Part shown: one piece after another, positions 25,664 through 38,100 of the stretch | Numbering within the stretch: position 1 is the first letter of the stretch | How the letters are laid out: each line of letters starts with the position of its first letter | Source: Phoronis australis | Lineage: Eukaryota; Animalia; Phoronida | Reading direction: 5' to 3' | Assembly (NCBI GenBank): GCA_002633005.1 | Contig: NMRA01000196.1 | Location: 83,632-147,631, forward strand | Length of the DNA: 64,000 nt | Made by a program: the position numbers and the translations under genes | Notes under the pieces: generated by a model | What the model was told of the DNA's origin: nothing | What the model saw: only the letters and a program-made list of their open reading frames with translations | The model's database searches: none

Positions 25664-27414
25664 GTTGACTGACTAGTAAATGAAAGTAAACCACGACGGA
25701 ACTTAACACAACCGAGGTAGAACAATGACTGACTCGGCAGCTCTCACAGTCAGACTATATGAAAAGAAATTGGCGCGAAATGCTTGCCTCCTAAAACGTC
25801 ACTTCCGCAGTAGCGGACGAGTAATTAATAAAATTACGAAAAGCTGTAATTAAGTGGAAAATATGTCTAGAATAACCAACCAACCTTATTTTAGCTCAAA
25901 ATGACATGGAAAAAGGTTGCCTTCGCCTTTAATAAAGTCACGTGATACTTAATTGTTTATTGTCGCTTTTAATAATAGACTATGAGCTGTGAGCACCATC
26001 GTTCGCCAGTTTTTCTCGTAACGAGACAGAACATATGTTTATTTCCGGAATAACAGTACAGGTCTTCGTTCTTAAAGAGCTTGAGGCTGTTGCGATCATC
26101 TGAGGCAAGTTTTTACGCCCCGTCGGTGCTCCTTATGCTCTTGAATATTTGGTAGTTGTCTAAACCCCTGTATACACACCACACTTTTTCGTATGCCGCT
26201 AAAAGGTGTGTGTAAGCAGATGTTCCAACAAAAATTTTTACTGGTGGTATGACTCATACCCAGATGTGCACTTATATGGTTTCATGAAACTTATAATGAG
26301 CCAATGTGACAAAATCGAGAAGGGTTTTTAATTATCTTAAGAAAAACTCCAGGGACATGTTAAGTGTCAGAAACGTACCGGGTTGCATGGAATTTTCACT
26401 ATTTGGCTACAAAAACAAAAAAAGTTGTCTTATACGGGAAGCGGGTTTACCCCTCCCAAACTCCGCCCCCCCGCCGCTCGGCGCCACGCGCCTCGGATTC
26501 GACCTTTGCGGGAATCCTAAACCCCCCCTTACTGAAAACGTAGATCCGCCACTGTACTGAGGCAAGACTTCGGCGATACAATTGTAGTTTTGGGACTTTG
26601 GTAGTGTATATAATTTATGCACTACATCCCGACGTTGTGTTGTTCTGGTTTTCTGGTACTTTTACTGCGGTATACACGTAGGGCGTACATCGGTAGCCTT
26701 GTGTTGTACAGGGTACTTGTAGGCGTGCTTTTGTTTGTGAACGAGTTTGCTTCGACCACACGTAGTTACCAGGAGCAAAAGTAGTGCGACGGAATGTTCA
26801 CAGATAAGTTGGCACTCAATATTGAGATTTGCAGGGATTTGCTTCGTAAACTAGGTCATCCGCCAGGTTCTCTGCGTAAACTAGGACATCCTTATGGACC
26901 AGTTAGCGCTTCACTCTCCGCGTGTCTACTGGAGAGAAGCACCCAGGAAGGTTGTTCTACATTTTGTAGCCCAAAATTACCAAAGTTCAAATATATTCCG
27001 TTGAAAAGGAAAGACAAAACATAGCATTACAGATGTCTGGCCAATATCATGAGTCACTACTCGTAAGCAAATCAAAGCTGTCCTTACTCGTTGCCTTATC
27101 TCGCACTACCCGTCAATCGACTAGTTTTCACTGAGTTCGCAATGCGACAATACATAAATTCAACTTGTAATGACCCCTTTCAATTTTAAACCATGCCCGA
27201 AGTACTCGGAAACAAATTATTGTTAGGTACAACGAGTTTTTTTCTCTGAAGTGGATCGTAAACACCTCAGGTGACTGATCGAGTTTTATGCACATAGCTC
27301 CTTTGACCTAGAGCTGAATTCTTAGCTCCCATACTCATGGGCTGGGCCGGTCAAGGGCCAATTCCTGTTGTACGCCCTACTTAAGCATTGGAATCAAACT
27401 GTTATATATAGAGA

Positions 27415-27998
27415 AAACGTTTATTAGTATACTGGTGTGAATATTATCAGTGATTTAACCAAAAACTTCGAATTAACTAGACCCACTAATCATTAGTGGG
27501 TCTAGTTAATTCGACTGTCATGATAGTCTATGACGATAAACTGATATCAAAAGGCCAAAATTGGCAATTTTCGGCGACCCCATGTTAAATACAAAATTTT
27601 GTCTAATTTTCTTCAAAATTCTACATTTCAATCTTGATTATACTGACATCTGTTGGGTCTATCGGCAACTAACCGCACATGAATGGCTTGGTCGAAAATT
27701 ATCGTTTTCTCACATGCACTATCGGGTTTTTAGCGGCGATTCCACTGATCGAAGCGACAAAATAAGCCAAAACTTTGGCCATACCATGTTAAACATAAAA
27801 TTTTTTCCAATTTTGCTGAAACTTGGCCACGTTTTTAACAAAATACTTATCTATGTTATGTGCTATCGGCAAATGTGATTGATTCATAAATAAGACCCTC
27901 ACGCTGTGTTTTCTGCGAGTCCCATGTATTCTGAAGGGGGCTAACTGAGTGATTTTCGCGCATGCGCAATTCACGGTTTCAATATTGCTGGTAATGTT
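27415..27998 (+). repeat. Interspersed repeat with a near-identical inverted copy at 57224-57776
   Basis: The ORF-track peptides at 27561..27878 (+) and 57344..57661 (-) are almost identical. Both copies end at ...GCTGGTAATGTT. Confidence 0.9.
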
Positions 27999-29381
27999 CG
28001 ACCACACGTAGTTACCAGGAGCAAAAGTAGTGCGACGGAATGTTCACAGATAAGTTGGCACTCAATTGAGATTTGCAGGGATTTGCTTCCCCCAAATGTG
28101 ACTGCAAAGTTTTCTTATGTACTCGTCATTTATCCGCTTTTTTCCTGCTCTGCAAAGCACATTTTTGTTAGTAATAACTATTTGACTCTTGGAGATGATT
28201 GTCCCATTTCGGTCAGTGCCATCAATAACTGCAGTTGGAAGTTTGACCTACCGGAAGTAAAATGACGATTGTCAACTGAAAATCCCCAGTATCTTCAATT
28301 TCCATACCCTCACCGAATTTTCATGTACGTCACTACCCACTGGTTGTCGGCTACAGAATCGTCATCCACGGCGTGATCACGGTCCCTATCACTTTAAATT
28401 CCTCGCCATCAATTTTGCAGTTATGCAAACAAAGTCTGTCCTCAGTTGCTGGTATCTTAAAAACCCAGTTTGTGTACTGCTGAACTCAGTGCAAGCCCCC
28501 CTGACAGTCCTAAAAACGAGCCTCAGTGCCCTCCCACCCTTTCTCTCCCGCATGCACTCATACCCTGGAGGTGAAAAGGGGCACCCCTTTGCCCAAAACA
28601 CCGGGTGGCGCCCAGGAGTCAAATGCTTATTCTTTAGATTTGTCTGCAACGCAACTGCAATTCAACTGATAAGACTACGCGTTGCAGAAAAATCGGCAAG
28701 GAGTTAGGTTTAGTAATTTTAAGAATTTAAGTACATACTAGACTTTCCTCTCGACATGTATAGAAGCTGACGTAGTAATGAAGCCAAAATAGATAAAGAT
28801 AAGACAACCACTGTTATAGTCTGAAGAGTTGGAGAACATATAGTTGATTCCCCGCAGAGTTTCGCACAATCGGACACTGAAGCTCATTTCATTAAAAGTC
28901 GCAAGCTCTGTCGTAGCTAAGGCGGTGACACCATAGACTATAGATATATCTATGGTGACACGAGTATTGCAAACGCGTTGTTGCGTTTTATCAAAGTGAA
29001 AAATTGCAACTGACGTTAAGTTGATTATTTCTCAAATTCGCAACTGAAAGAATGTTTGCAAATTACAATCGGAGTTACGACCGTCGTATCTAAGACCGGA
29101 CTTGCGACGGTTTAAAGTGAGCCCCTGGACTCCGAAATTTTATTACCGTAATGGTGGAACCGCTTAGCGTGTTGCGCATCGGTAGCCAACATTTTGGATA
29201 GTATCAACCACAGTTAAAATACATGTACCTAAAAAGAAAATTACGGCAAGCGTAAGAGAGACCGTTTGTCGATCCCTCCGCCCGCGAGTGAAAGTGAAGT
29301 AGCTTATATTGATAACGATAAAAAAATGTGAAACACATCTCGGAGCCGTCAGAGCTTTTATAAGCCATGGGCATAGTACAT

Positions 29382-29954
29382 CTCTCGCTGGTTCCCTGCG
29401 TGCTTAGCCCAGCCAGCACGCAGGTATCACCTAGTGGCACGTGCTTTAGCATTGGTCGATGTAATCTTGGCAGTCATTGGTTAGCTTTACAACACCGTGA
29501 AAAAATGGCTGACTGTGAACGATTTTTAGCCTTGTCGTTTCTGAAGTGATGTTTAATAGCCGCGTGCTTGAAGCACATACATGCACACTAAACACATATT
29601 ATGTGGCCGATTTAACCGGTGTGTTATTCATACTGTATAAGGACACTATCGTAAACAAACGTCATCGACAGTAGAAAGATGTATTCCGAAAAGGCTCAAT
29701 ACAATTTCTAGTAGGCTTCACATTTCCTGAACATAATTTTAAGCACCGATTTGTCTGTACAACAGACCACCGTGACATTTACACTTCAGTCCATCAGTCA
29801 TGCCAGTTTGTTTGCGCAAAGCGCTGCCTGTTGAGAATTCGACTAGCCAATCAGAAACGCCGGTGTAAAAAAATTTACAGAGGAAATTTAAGTGATACCT
29901 GCGTGCTGGCGCGGCTACCGCCCCATCTAGCGGCACGCAGGGAACCAGCGAGAG
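29382..29954. mobile_element. MITE with perfect 22-bp TIRs
   Basis: CTCTCGCTGGTTCCCTGCGTGC ... GCACGCAGGGAACCAGCGAGAG, with TACAT on both sides. Confidence 0.8.
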
Positions 29955-30074
29955 TACATCTCAGTTACAAGGCTGCATTCCACTAATTTATGACCTACTG
30001 CAGTTGCACGTGCTCCGAGTCGCGCGAGCTTCCCTGCAACAGATTTGCACTAAATAACTCTTGGAACTCCTGAA

Positions 30075-32158
30075 ATGGAGTGTTGGTATGTCTTTTCATG
30101 TGTTGTCTGTCTGTTTCAAAGTGTTATGTCAAACTTTGCCACTTGCCATTTGAAGGGAAGGTGGCTGCAATCGCGCCGGGTTGGGGCGTATCAAGACTTG
30201 ACAAACACCAAGAGTGAACAACAGAAAGTAAGAAAACTTACAGTCACTATTTCGTCTTGAATTTGTAGTTTTCAACTTGACGATTACGATGTAGGTACAT
30301 GAGCTTTGCTGTTGTATTTGTCACTTTTAGTAACTGCTTTTTACATTCTACACACTTTATATACATGTAAGACTTGTTGTAGTCTATGCTCCGATTGCTT
30401 ATGACGTGTAATTTCTTGTGTTTTTTTTTTTTTTTTTTTTTTGNCTGGTGACTTACTCGGCGCACCGACAGAGACATTTTCAAACCAAGGAGTCATCCAT
30501 AATCTGAGTATGCCCTAACTTAACTAAAAACTGAGACCTATTTTATTGTGACAAACTAATAGACTGTTTATAATCAAAATTTAGCAGGTGGGTTCATTGT
30601 ATATTTAAAATTGACTTGCAGCTATCGTTTACGCACGAACTAACGCTGATAGAAAGGGGAGCAAGGCCTGAGATTATCGATGCAAGAAGTGACTCAACCG
30701 TAAAGCCAACGAACGTCTTCGGCCATCTGCAATACAACGCGGAGTGGACGATCTCGAACAACAAGAATGACCATTCTTCGAGTAAACGATTTAAAAAGTC
30801 CATTCAGCAGGTTCTGGTGTTTCCAAACTTTGGCGACTTTGAGTTTGAATCCAACATTCGCTTTACACCGTGGAGAATGTTTGTGGGAGAAAAGGCAGAG
30901 TGGAAGTCTGTCGACTGCGCAAGCCATTGTCACGTAAATGAGGTGCGGTTGTGAAACGGGTGTGTTTCGCCTTTAATAATAACTAACTAAAGCCAAAATT
31001 ATAAACATGTTTTCTAGTCTACCACACACATAGTATGCCTCGAGCTTCCATTTTTGTCATAACAAAATAGACAGCCATAAGCCCACTGCCTTTCACTTAC
31101 GTAGTTTTGGTATTGCTTTGGTTGCAGCGAAATTTGGTAATTGGCTTAAGTTAAAAGTCATTTTTACAGAGTAACTGGTATATAGAATAGTCTTATTAAA
31201 CGTCTTACACCTCGAACTGCGCACTTTCACTTAAAGTGTTCGTTGATTTTTGCTGGGATTTTTGGCAGAATCTTGACGTATCCTGCTATTGCGAGAAGAC
31301 AGGTGGGACTCACGTGCCTCTTCAAAACACTGTTCTACTTCCGTCACTTCACGCGTGGCAATTCCGTCCATCAATAAATGAGCCTCTTAAGTTTTCACTG
31401 ATATCGATGTTGACTGGCAGTTGCATCGATTTTATTGTTCGAGCTCGCAGGCAACTTGAAAAGACGTGTCCTGCTGTTCACCAACCAGTCGGAGCAGAAA
31501 CAGGAAATGTCACGCCAGCATGGACACCCTGTGAGTATATACCGGCGGGGACGAGTTCTACGTAACACAGCGAGAAAAAATCTAGCCAAAATCACATGTT
31601 CTTATTGAAAATACACGGCGAGATCTTGCTATTCTAGCGTGACACTATAGCGACAATAAACACACCAGATTTTTTACATATGGGTCTGCTCATAAATATA
31701 TTACACCACGGTCTCTCTTCGTAGGCCTGTTTAGTTGCTCTCAGAAATCATTAAAAAGTATACATTTTTCAGTTTCGTCGCCATATTCGTTCGCTCCACT
31801 CATCCAGTGCGGTCTGTTTGACAACGAGACGCTTCCTGAAGACGTCAATCACGCCATGGATGTAACGACCACGGAGAACACCACATTAAGTCTCGTGGAT
31901 GGAATTGCATCAAACGAAACGTCCATCTCTCGTGACCAGGAGCTTTTGGCGGAAGGGGGGGATGAAATCACAGGAATAAGTCTGAGAATATACCAACAGA
32001 TGGAGCAAATTTTTATAACTGGCCTTGGCGTTGTGAGTTTGTTGATACTTGCATCTTACATTTCTTGTGTAAAATCTGTAAAAACTGAACTTGAATGGAG
32101 ACACTTTAAGTACAAGTTGGAATTCGAAAGGCAGAAGCATTTTTATTTTGAAGTGTAA
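30075..32158 (+). CDS. Uncharacterised ~373-aa type I single-pass membrane protein (4 exons)
   Basis: Exons 30075-30227 (ATG, signal-peptide-like MECWYVFSCVVCLFQSVMS; donor GTAAGA, phase 0), 30622-30942 (acceptor ttgcAG, donor GTGCGG, phase 0), 31269-31530 (acceptor ttggcAG, donor GTGAGT, phase 1) and 31773-32158 (acceptor tttttcAG) join into one stop-free frame. TM helix IFITGLGVVSLLILASYISCV; several N-x-S/T sites; AATAAA near 32270. Confidence 0.75.
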
Positions 32159-35100
32159 ACGACGCCTAATTTTAATTTGTTGGCACCATTTTGAAACATC
32201 TGTGTGGTTTTCATAGTCTAAGAACTTTAATTAACAGTAAGGGATTTATTGAGCAAAATTAAGCCACAGAAATAAAACATTGTACAAACACACGCACTCT
32301 TGTTGGTTCAAACAAGAACAAAACAAAACCAAACAAAAACTCCATTTCAGCATCTGATGCAGTACATATCCATTTCTCTGCAAGGACTAGGAACTTGGCT
32401 ACACTGGGTATGACATTAATATCTCATCAAGCCACCAAAAACTTGTGGTTCTTCTATTATAGCAATTGAAATGTAAAACTTTCGTCGAACATCAAAAAAC
32501 AAGAGGTATATTAAAACCAAATGCCATTAACTCATCTAACAATTGGGACATAATCTCTCTTTTTGGAATCGAAGCTACATGTACTGTCCAATATAAGCAA
32601 TCAACAAGTGATTACCACAACCAAGTCGCGCCAGTGTTCATTTTTCTGTGAATAAGGAGCGTTCACGTACATGAATTACGTTTTCCAAATATTGCAACTT
32701 TACCCCCACCCCATCACGATATAACCTCCCCGTCCAGCCTCCGTCATCACAGCGGACCGTCCTTTTTTGGCAGAATCGACAGTTCGATGGAAATTTCATT
32801 AACGTGAATCTAATGACGAACGAATGTCTCTTTATATTTGTAAGTTTCATTTTCCGCTGTTGTATTTAGGAATGGAATAAAGTGTACCGTTTCAACTATA
32901 AAATAATTCTTTATTTTCATTTTAACAATACAAATGGTTCAGGTGATTGAATATGGAATTATCTAGGAGTTGGACAATCACGAGTCTCCACCAACCGCCC
33001 CCCGTCATGAATCTTCACCTTTTCCAAATATCTCCTTTGAGTGATGACGTAGTACATGTAAGTGATCGCTCAGTACATTTTATGTTTGAAACATGCTCTA
33101 ACATGAAAGTCGGCTTGAAAAAAGTACTTTTATCTATCTTGCTTAATAATGATACTCTTTCTTGCCAAATTTGATGTTCATTGTCATGGCGACATTTAAA
33201 ATTGTTTAAAAATACAGTCTCATTTCCAACTCTTAGGGACCACCACACAATTTCAAAACCATTCGAAAATGAAATATTTTTAACCCCAAGTGCTTAAAAA
33301 ATCTTGTCCTAATTCAGCCATCTCGAATTTCTAAGAATAGCACAATTTAGCTTACCTATTTTCGGGAAATTCCAAAAGCTTAAACCGAAATCATTTTAAT
33401 ACTGTAGGCTAGGTGCCCTCATAGTTGTTTTTCCCCAACTCACCTCTGGCCACAACGATGGATGTCTTCAGTATCGTCACCCAATGGGGTAACCCCATAC
33501 ATGTATTTTGGTTCCATGGAGAACAATAGATGCTGTCTTAGAGTAAAAAAATTGAACCACATCAAAACTGATATGCCAACAATTTTTGTCATAATTACAT
33601 GTATTTGTTTCTGGTGCTTGTCCTGCTTTTTTGACCGCCTGTCCACTTATGTAATACCGAGGTAGTGTTAATCTGATAATACTTCATTACGATTTCCCCC
33701 GAAAACCACTTTCCGTAACATCTGCAATAGCCTCGATCCATTTATGAATACAATATAACCTAGAACTACGTTTAAAGACAACCTCCAGCGGCTACATCAG
33801 CTTTTCGACACCAGAAATGCAAGTATTGTTCATAAAGAATGTATTCTTTTTGCTTCTTAGATACCACGGAAATTAACTAATTGCAAAAAACGGCGCCACT
33901 AGGTTCAGGCGTGCTAATTGTGCATCCGCGCCAAATTCCTGTGCAAGTTTTGTTTCCCTGAAGCGGACCTTTTTGTCCAATTCGCCAAACTGGGGGCTCG
34001 TTGGAGCCTCCCGACCCCCCCCCCATGATTTGTGCATAAGTTTTAAGGAGTACCTGGGAATGCAAGACATGACAGCGTTTTCCCGTTCAGTGACTTTACC
34101 AGACGTACAGTAGGGGCTTCTGAGCGTGTGATAACATCTAGCTTCTTTGTTAACAGCCAAGCACAATCTTTTGTCTGTTATGACAAGCAGGCCAATTATC
34201 TACCAGGCTTATTACAGACCACATGTGAACACAGTCTAACTCAGAGTGAATTGGTGTATTCGGAAAGAATAGTTTGTTGTAACTTCGGTTACAGTTGGGC
34301 GATTTTGGCGATTCAAAAACTAAACATGATCACCATTCAACGAAGATTTCAGAAATGCTATTGGTTTATGTTCAAATATGTTATAACTTAAATATTATTT
34401 TTAACAGCACAGCCCTGTAAGGGCTGAGTGATACGATCTTATTGGAGATTAGAACAATTATCAAACAAAAGAGAGCTGGCCCTCCAACCATGAATGTAAG
34501 AATGGAGTTAATCAGTCGTATAAGATATTGGCTACAGGGGTAAAGTTCCCAACTTGGTGTTGGGCTATAGAATCCAACACGTTGGAAGCAACGGGAAAAC
34601 GCCGTGATGTACTTATATAACGTTTTTGTTTTAGAAAATTATTAATTTTGTTAAGATTAAAAAATGCGCCTCTTCAAAGATTTCAGTGGTTTAACATTTG
34701 TATGTTTATAATTCAACATTCTCAAGAGAGCAGTTCTTCTGGAAAGTGTTAAGTGGCCCTTAAAAAGACCGTTGGTTGTGCTGTTCATGAGATTTAGGTA
34801 TGTTGTGAAATGGTTCTTAAGAACTGTTGAATAATTCAACATAAATCGCACAGTATACCGTGCTTACTCAAGTAGTGAAGGTCCTCTTCATTTAAGATTT
34901 CATCAGGGAAGGTTGGATGAAAACAGAGAAGGTGACAATATCGATGACAGCTCAGACTATTGTACATGGACCGCCAACTCCTTATACTTTCAATGGACAA
35001 AATCTGTGGTGTTTCACACAAGCCCTTACGTTATTATTCACTCGCGACACCTGGCCAAATTATCTGGTGTTATTTCCGGCAAGTGCGTCGTCTGCTAATC

Positions 35101-38100
35101 ATGGTCGGCTGCTGTGTGGCCCGTTGTTCGGCCACACAGGCGAAATGCGAAGGAATTAGCTTCCATACCATCCGAAGACCCCATAATCGGCTGTGGGAAG
35201 AAAAGCTTAGTACTTCTGTCAACGTGAATGGCAGTTGTTTCAGCGATAAGACTTTATATATTTGTTCAAGACACTTTGAAGGCGAATGTTTTGTAAGAGG
35301 CTCTGTTAGGCCTACTACTTATCCTGTCTTCACGTATCCATTTTTCTTTTCTCCGTTTTGATGAAAACTATCTGGTAAACTTTTTGACAAAAATTGTCCG
35401 CTAAATTTCTTCCAAAAGAGTGACTCATGAACTCCTGTCCTTACGAGGAACTTCAGCCATAGTCTAGTGAGAGAATTAACCAAATTACTCTTCGCTGGTC
35501 GTTTGGTCACAGCAGAATGCGCACATTTTGTAAGGATTTGGATCAGCGATTTCACCAAATTCACACCCGTGTGCAAATAAATAGAACGCTAGTAAAACAT
35601 TTAACATCAACAAAGATTACATTGGTACTCCAGAAATAACCACCTGGACCACTCAAAATATATCTCGCAATTCAACAGCAGGTTATATACTCGTTTAATG
35701 CGACTGAATGCCGCACAAAAAGTGGACCGTGTTAGCCAAGTACGCTGCAGTCTATGAAAATACCGCCAACTAACCCGAGTTTTAACTTCTTTGCAAACAT
35801 GGAATAGGGATATCAAAGTAGTGTGAAGGTAGTTTTTATAACTCAATATTAAATTTTTGTAAGCGGACAAACGATATTTAAATTTCCGCCTTAATTCCTA
35901 CTATTTCCAACCTTACGCCTGTCAAACGATAATTTATGACAAAAACAAAATTCTTCAACCGGTTCTACACCAGCTCTACATAATATGAACCAATCCTACT
36001 CCTAATGTAACAAAAAGGCCCCTTGCGTAACGGATACTAAGTATGGTCCTTCTAAAATATTGGATCGGTTCTGCTAACGCAGCCTCGCGAAAAGTCACAC
36101 AAAAACTTGTGAGATGCTCCATCGTGTTACAGGTGAAACACGTGATAGTAGTACTTTCCTTCGCGATATCCTTGCGTGAATGGTACTTAGTATGTGGATT
36201 TCCCATTGTGTGACATCATTTGTGCGTCTGTCATGTTTGGGTCATCCCTCCCCCTATATTCCAAGGAACGAGACATTGTGATGTCAGCCAAGTAAATCAA
36301 TACATTATTGAAATGCTAATGGTTATGTATAGCGTCGTGCATGCCTGTTTCATATCATTCAATGTTAATTGCTTTAATGGCTGAATCCGCGATGTTTAAG
36401 ATTGTAAGAAAGGGTCAGTCTTTGCTATGCTTTATTTTAGATGAAAGTTTTAAAAGGCGAATTATAGAGGGTAGCATGCCTACATTGTTTATGCCACCAT
36501 CACCACTTAAAACTGTTATTCGCGGAAAACCCCCTCTCGTGAGTAAATGTATATAAATTCGTTCTCAACATTTTCTTTTACGTTCTATTCCTATTATTGT
36601 TATTCTGTGCACATTCATCCTCTTTAGACCTATCAGTAATAAGCTCTTCAGACATGTTTTACCGTATGTACACATCGAAATACCACTTTCATTCCTTAAA
36701 GCGAATGTTTTGAGGAAGAGTTGCAGAAGGCCTTAGATAGTCTCATTTGAGATTTCCACCGACTATTTTGGAAACCTGTAACAAAATAATTCGCAAACTA
36801 TAACGTAAATGTCATTGTCTTGTTATGTTGCTTATTTTATCACAAAGTTGATGCTACATCAACTGATGCTCATTCTAACCTTGAGTCAACTCAAGTGTTG
36901 TTTCAGTGTTTACATTAAATTAAGATAATGAGATCGAGCCGTCAGATTTTGTTAAGTGTGGGGATTTTCCGTATCTTTGATTTGGATTGTCCTATAACGA
37001 TATCACAGGCCATGAACATTGGGAGACTCGATCGATGGGTAATTGGCGTACTTTTGATTGCTAAGACCCCACATTTAAATGAACGTTGCTAAAATTAGTT
37101 ACAATGAATCATGCAAATCAATTTTGGCTCCATATTCATCTTTTTTCACTTTCAAATGCAAAAGAGCAGCATCGTTGTATTATGGTACATGTACTTATCA
37201 AATACGTTAATCAATGACCTAATAAACCTCTAACGGCAAGAAGCTCATTAATTACTAAAAGCTACCTTCCGTCAAAAAATGTTTGATTTAGAACAATTAC
37301 TGGTATAACTCTCGTACTTATGTATTCCTTACTTGGGGTTTCTTAAGGTTAAGCTAATAAAATTTCAGATCACTGACATCGTAGTCTGAACTTTTATGAA
37401 CTTCGCCTGAATGCCTGTGTCAGTTCAGATATTACCCCTAAACAAGGTAAAACCAATTTCATAACGATAAGCGGTCGTAAACACAACTTGTTTTGTCATA
37501 TGACACGAGTTTAATGTCGCTTTTTAATTAAACAATACCATTCTTATTGATAACTGTTTGTGCATATTTTTCCAGTCCACTATTACTGTATGGACTGTTA
37601 ATGGAGTACATGCAACTCCTGTGCCAGACAGTACATTGTCGACTGCAACAGCAGCAATTGTAAGTGGGCGATCACTTCTTTTTAGACCACACTGATAAGA
37701 TGCTTGCAAGTGTGTCTCGTAGTGTTTCAGTTGTAACGTCAGCTCTCGGCAGTAGACTATTGTACTTGTTGGACCACAATTAAAGCATACTATGTTGTTT
37801 CCTCTGAAATAGCAGCAGTCAGCAGTCGACCTCTGGTTACTTTTCTAATAGTTACCAGGGTCACTGACAGTGTACCTGTATAGTCAATCACTTTAATATT
37901 AAGGTGGAATTTAACGATCATACATTTCTAAATACGGAAGACTGCATGTAATGCATGAACCTAAAATCAGTTAGTAAACACTTAAGCTTGCAAGTTTTCG
38001 AATGATGTTTGCCAGTCGGTATAATCATACAAAACTGGTCAAATGTCGCCCACGTATTTTCCTGAAAAAAAATGTATTAAACTTTGACAGAATTCATCAA

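Larger units (their letters stand above)
24248..25928. mobile_element. Kolobok-type DNA transposon, internally deleted non-autonomous copy
   Basis: ~160-bp near-perfect TIRs (AGGCGAAGGCAACCTTTTTCCATGTCATTTTGAGC... / ...GCTCAAAATGACATGGAAAAAGGTTGCCTTCGCCT) with TTAA on both sides (24244-24247, 25929-25932). Convergent KolX-like and THAP ORF remnants lie inside. Confidence 0.88.

Noticed and set aside
27561-27878. Duplicated 105-aa 'gene' (also at 57344-57661)
   Set aside because: It lies in an interspersed repeat, has a TTG start and no recognisable domain. The identity reflects DNA duplication only.
34657-35021. Divergent minus-strand ORFs next to the THAP exon as a transposon accessory gene
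   Set aside because: Short, interrupted and without a recognisable motif.
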